Shown in pieces: positions 20,901-26,900 of a stretch of 64,000 bases of DNA. The translations under genes were made by a program, and so were the position numbers. The notes beneath the pieces are model-generated. The model saw only the letters and a program-made list of their open reading frames with translations, was not told where the DNA came from and searched no databases. This stretch comes from an uncultured Planctomycetia bacterium (lineage in GTDB: Bacteria > Omnitrophota > Gorgyraeia > 2-02-FULL-51-18 > JAGOUK01), in contig CAYSFB010000008.1 of the NCBI GenBank assembly GCA_964430735.1, forward strand, positions 12,870 to 76,869. The letters run 5' to 3'. Numbering within the stretch: position 1 is the stretch's first letter; every line of letters begins with the position of its first letter.

Positions 20901-23900
20901 ATTTGGCGGCACTGCACGATCCCGCTAAAAAAATTCTCTATCTCCCGCAGATATGGATCGATGAGCTGACGAGCCGCACTCCGGCGGACGCCTTCGACGA
21001 GGCCTTGGTCCGGGAGATTTTGTATCCGGCTCAGCGCGTCGCCGTTTTGGGCGGCAGCGGCAAGGTCGGCCGCCGTATTGCGGCCGAGCTGAGGCAGGTG
21101 TACCCGGACGTTTCGGCTGCATCCCGAAGCGGCGGATTTGGGTCCCAAAAGCTCGACGTGACGGATGATGCTGACTTGGCCGGATGGATCGACCGCATGC
21201 GTCCGGATGTAATTGTCTACGCCGCCGGGATCGCAGACCCCGACCGCGCCCAGCGTGATCCTGAAGCCGCTCAATTGCTCAATGCCCGAATACCGAAACG
21301 TCTGCGCAGCCTCACGCGAGCCAGACTCATTTATCTTTCGACAGACAACGTCTTTGACGGCCAGTCCGCAAAGCCCTATCACCCGAAGGCCCGCCCGCGG
21401 CCGCTCAAAGGCATGGCTTATGGCCAAAGCAAGCTCGACGGCGAGCGCGTCACTTTGGACGGATTACGCCACCGGAACGCGGTGCTTCGGCTCGGTCTCG
21501 TCGTCGCCGAAGAGGATGTTGAAAAAATCATTCAACAAATCCAGGGCTCCATGAGCGGAAGCGCTCAGGCGCCGACCGTGGACGGAAAGCGAAAGCGCTA
21601 TCCGGTCTGGGTGGATGATGTCGCTTTGGCGGTGCGGGACCTGGTCGCGAATCCGAAAAAGGGGATTTACCAGCTGAACGGCGAAAAGCCGATAACGCGG
21701 TTTGATATGGCGAGGATCGCGGCCGTGGAATTGGATCCGGAGTCCGGCGATCAACACGTCCTGGCCGGAACGACTGCGACGACGGCCGCAATCCAAGCGC
21801 CGCGTCCGGCGCATGTCCGCATGGAGAATAATCTGATGAAGCCCCGTCCCATTGAGGATCAGATCGTCCAGACGACGAAGCTGGCCGCGCACAACGGGCC
21901 CGGCGCATTAGCCCGGCTTGACCGCGCCGTGCGGCTCCGGGACGGGAAGCTGCTGCGTGAAGCGATGGGTGAGCTCGACGCGCTTGGAATTCGCTGGACG
22001 CTGGCGGGGCCCGTCGGTGCGTTGGAAGATTGGCCGGAGGCCCCGCGTGTCGTGGATACCGGCGATGCAGCCGCAGTATCCCGCGCGCTTTTGGACCATC
22101 TCGTGACTCCGGACACATTCCGCGAGGATCTTGCCAGGGCGGTCGAATCTATTCTGATGGAAGTTCCTTTGGATAGGGTCAGAGTGATGGCTGCGGTTGT
22201 GGATGAGCGGGCCGACGAGTATTGGGTGAATCCGGAAATGGGCGTGCGGACTTTGAGGATCGTCTCGACGGATTTTGTGTATCGGGGGATCGGGATGCGG
22301 TACTGGATGAGCGTCTCCCAAAATGGGATTCCGCATGGGTTCGGTCCCTTCGGACCCTATCGGTCGATGTTGCTTCCCTTGATCAGTCGAATGCCTGACG
22401 GTTCGAGCGCGCCGGCGGAAGAGGTGCTGCAAGGCGGCTCCATGAGCACCGTGGTGCGCGTTCACGAATCGGATCGGAGCACGGTGATCCGTAAATCGGC
22501 ACCGGCCGGTTGGCATGCCGACAAGTTGCGGGATGAGGCGCGTTACATGCGGATGCTCGAGGCTACCGGAATTTTTCCAAAGGTATACGACGTCCAATCG
22601 TCTGACGGGGTGCGCAAAAATCCCCTGTTCAGGCGTCTTTTGGAAAATCCGGCCGCGGCCGCTTGTTTGCACCAATTGATCAAGCTTGCGCACCAAATTC
22701 CATGGCTGAGGCCATTGGCCGGGATGCTTGAGCGATGGGCGGCTCAGCCGCCTGTCCCTAAAGGGACTACGGTCTGGATGGAGGACCTGAAGGGCTATGA
22801 ACAGCTGACCGAAGTGTCCCGTTGGGCCCATTTGGGATTCAAGCGGCCCGAAATCAAGAGCAGTTCGATCGACGACCGCACGATCTATCGTTCGGACTGG
22901 GATATCGCTCTCGACATCTACCGGTCGCTGATCCCTATTTTTTACGGAGTTCAGTCAGCTCAAACGCCGCCGGACTTCCTGCGCAAGTATCATTTTGAGA
23001 AGCTGGAAACGCGCTGGGCCGAGGCGCGGGCGCGGTCCCGTCAGCTGGACCTCGTCATGTCCGCGCCTTACATCAAAGACCCGGATCGCCGATACGGACA
23101 ACTGCTTCCCAACCTCCCGCTGGCCGCGCAGGCGGCGGAGGCGATCGCGTCGTATGACCCGGAAGCCCTGCTTCCGCCTCATCTGACGCGCGAGCACGGG
23201 GACCTGCATTTTGGCAATATTCTGATCCCGCCGGCGGATTACTTCCGCCGCAAGCGGATCGAAAGTTTCCGCCTCATCGATCCCAAATGGCTGCCGAACG
23301 GGAATGACCCTCTCTACGATTTGGCCAAACTCATGCACAACAAGTACGGCTGGTACGATCTCGCGCTCAATCACCACGATTCGTTTTACTTCGGCATGAG
23401 TGTGCCCGAATCCGGCGGGCCTGCCGAATTCCATTGGAACTTTGACGACGAGTCGTATGCGGGTGATCGGATGAGGGACGAGTTTGGAGCTGTGCAGGAC
23501 TTCAGTCAGCAGTTCGAGGAGTGGATGCGCCTTCCGGACGATGATCCAAGGGTCCGGGATATGGAACGCTTTGGTTTGAATTGGCGGACGCGGCTCATTT
23601 TTACCCACGCGTCCCTATTGGCCGGACTTCTCAACTTCCACGTTCTACCGGAAGATCCGCAGTCCAAGATCAGCGTGATCTACTGGCAGGCGGCGACGCA
23701 ATTTGACCGCGCGATCCTTCATTTGATCGGCCGTGAAGAAGAGTATCGCCATCAGACGGGCCAACGCCGACTGCCGGACGATCTGTACACACCGCTGAGA
23801 ACGATGGTTCTGCTGCAGCGGGTCTACCAGCAATCCGATTCAGAAGAGGTCAAAGCCGCTGCCGAGCACCAGTACGTCGCGGCCATCAACGATCTGCGGC

Positions 23901-26900
23901 ACTTCCTGGAGCAGAGCACCGCTCCCGCTGTCTCCGGCGCGCGATTGGCGAAGCGTACCGATGTCCGGCGCAAAGTAAAACCTGTTGATCGCGATAATCG
24001 CGGACCTGAGTTAAAAGCGGCGCCGGACCCGCTGGATATCATCTTTGCTGATCAGCTGATCCGGGAGTCTGACGCGCGTCTTTTGGCGGCGTTGGCGGCG
24101 GGGGAGCCGCAATCCTTTGTCGTGCCGGTTGACCGATCGGCCATCCGGCGGTTGCACGACCGATATCGTCAATCCCGGACGGCAGAGGAGCGTGAAGCTG
24201 CCGAACAGCTGCTGGTGGATTCGCAGATCCGCTGGATCGTCCAAATTGCCCGTAAATGGGACCGCATCAATCAGAGCCGTGTGCACAACTCGGAAGTCGG
24301 ACTCTCGGACATGGTGAGCTTGGGTATTCGTAAAGCGCGGGAGTCGCTCGATCGGTATGAGCCGGATAAGGGTGCGTTGAGCACGTGGATTACGCTGCCG
24401 GTCGACGGAGCGATCAGAAATCGGGTCTATGAAGGCGCCCGCCACCGGAGACGAGCCGGCAATATCGACTTGATCGGCTCCGAGATTGCCGCTCTTCCTG
24501 ATCTGACTTCCGATCAGAAGAAAGCCGTGCGGTCGGCGATTGCCGGAATGGAGGAAAAGGATCGGGAGATCGCGATCCTGTTCTTCGGCCTGATCGGAGA
24601 CAAAGAGACCAGCAACGAAATCGCCGACCGATACGAAGGGTTCTTGTCCAAGGAAGAGATTGAATCCCGGGTTGAGATGATTCTGAAGCGGATTTCGGCT
24701 CTGAATGCCTCGAACCCCGCAGAGACGGATCGAACCGTGCCAACTCCGGAAGAGAACGCTCCCGCATCCTGGCAGAATGACTCGCTCGCGACCATCCGGA
24801 TGATGCATCTGGCGTTGCGGGATCCGGAGACCGTGAGCTCCTGGGAGGCATTGTCTCAAAGGGATTTGTCGATTCTGCGCACCTACTACGAGAGCGGCGC
24901 GGAAGCTCGTCCGACAATGGAGCAACTTGCTTCTGAGTACAAGATCAGCAGGGCCAGGGTGGGGCAGGTCATTCAAGGAGCCGTTCGACGGCTTCGGAAT
25001 GAGCAGATGCGGGCCTGGAAGCATCTGCGGGAGGCGACGGGACTATCGCATGATCGGATACGCGCGGCATATGACCGGGCGGTTGATGTCGAGCGTCAGG
25101 AGGACGGTATCCGCAATGGACACCCCACCCCGACTCCCCGGGAGTTTGAAATGGAGCTGCGTCAGATCCCGGGCGTCCGGGCGATCGGCCCATTGACCGC
25201 GGAGCTGGCCAGGGCCCATTACAACCTGGCGCACCCGGCGACTCCGCTGAAGTTCTTCGGAGAAACCGAAGAATCCACGCGGTTGAGCGGATCCGCATCC
25301 GCCGAGGATCGGATTCTCGCCTACGTGCAATCCGCCGGCGGAATCGCATCCTGGAAGGAAATCGCCAAACATTTGGGTGTGAAGCAATCCGAGGCGCGGA
25401 CATATTTGACCCCGGAGCGGCTCGGGCAGATTCAATCGGAATCAAGATACGGAGTCGATGCGACGGTTCAAAGGCAGCGTTTGGTCCCCATCATCCTGGA
25501 TGCCCGGGACGCTGAGAGGGCCCGCCGAATCATAAGGGCGATGGAAGGAACCGGCAAGGAGCGAAGCTTCCGATTTGGAATGGCCACCTATCCTGAGATC
25601 GCCGCTGCGATGAAGATCCGTCTGTCCGGAAGCCGGCCCCCCCGGACCCGGATCTTCCGGCGCATCAATGCCGAGCAGCTCCTTGCCGATCTCAACAGCA
25701 ATAGAAGAATATTGAATCGGACGGGCCTGCCGTTCCGCCCTCTGCTTCAGATCATTCCGGCAGACGATCGGAACGCGGATTTGCGTGTCGTTGCGCGTGA
25801 GTTGCGCGGCGGTGATCCGGCCTCCGCCATCGGGATCGCCGAACGCGTCGGACGGTCTGCGAAGAGCGTTCATGCATCCGTCGAGCGTTTGCTGTTGGAC
25901 CACACAAGCGCCCACCGGCACCTCTATAACCTGATCGTCACAGGGCAGCCGATGATGCGAATGCCGGACGATAATAAAATATTTCGCTCTCAAAGTCAGA
26001 TTTTAAGGGCGGTTGAAGAATTGGGCGGTGTCGCCAACGCCCGGCAGATTTGGGATTACCTTCGGAACCGATACGGAGTAAAAATCAACCGATCGACGGT
26101 TGAGGATTATGCGTTCCGTCAGATGGATTGGGACGGGATCAACCGGCATCGGATGCAGGAGGGCAAGTTTGCACTCCGCGTTGTCGGTGCGAACCTGGAT
26201 GGATCCATGGCCCGCAGGTCGTTCGGCGATCGTCCCGGTTATGAGGGATTGGACCCGCTGCTGGTGAGCGCGGAACGGGATTACAGAGATCGATTTAAGG
26301 AATCAGACGACGGACGCACCGATTTCAGGTACCGGGTGTTGCCGGCGATTCATGGCATCCTCAAGCATTCCCCATCCGAGCAACCGATCGAAGTCCGATT
26401 CGGCCGCGTCAGCGATTTGTTGATCGACGCCTGCGCGACATGGTCTCAGCTCAACCCGGGACTTACCCGGGCGGAATTTTTTGAAACGGTCACTCTTCGA
26501 GCCATCCTGTTAACTTCCATTAAGACCGATGTTGATTCTGATTCGGATTGGGTCGGCCGGTTTGCCCTGACACTCGAGAAGGTGATTCACACCAACGGCC
26601 CCTTGGCGCCATCCGAATATGCCCCCTGGCTCAAGCCCGCAAGTTCCGCATCGCCGAGCCCCCGCGCTACCGATCGGAATGGTGCCCGCCTGTCAGAGAA
26701 TGCGGCCGGATCGGCCGGACAGATAGACTGGCGGGAGCAGGCGCGATCGCTGCTTGAACCGGATCCCGATAAGCGGTCTTCCGCCTCACTTGCGCTCGCA
26801 CGGGTGCTGATGCTGGATATCCGCAAACGCGTGGATGAGGGGATGGATCGGAAAGAATTCGGCTGGAACGATCCCGGCCGGATCGCTCCGGCTGTTGCGC

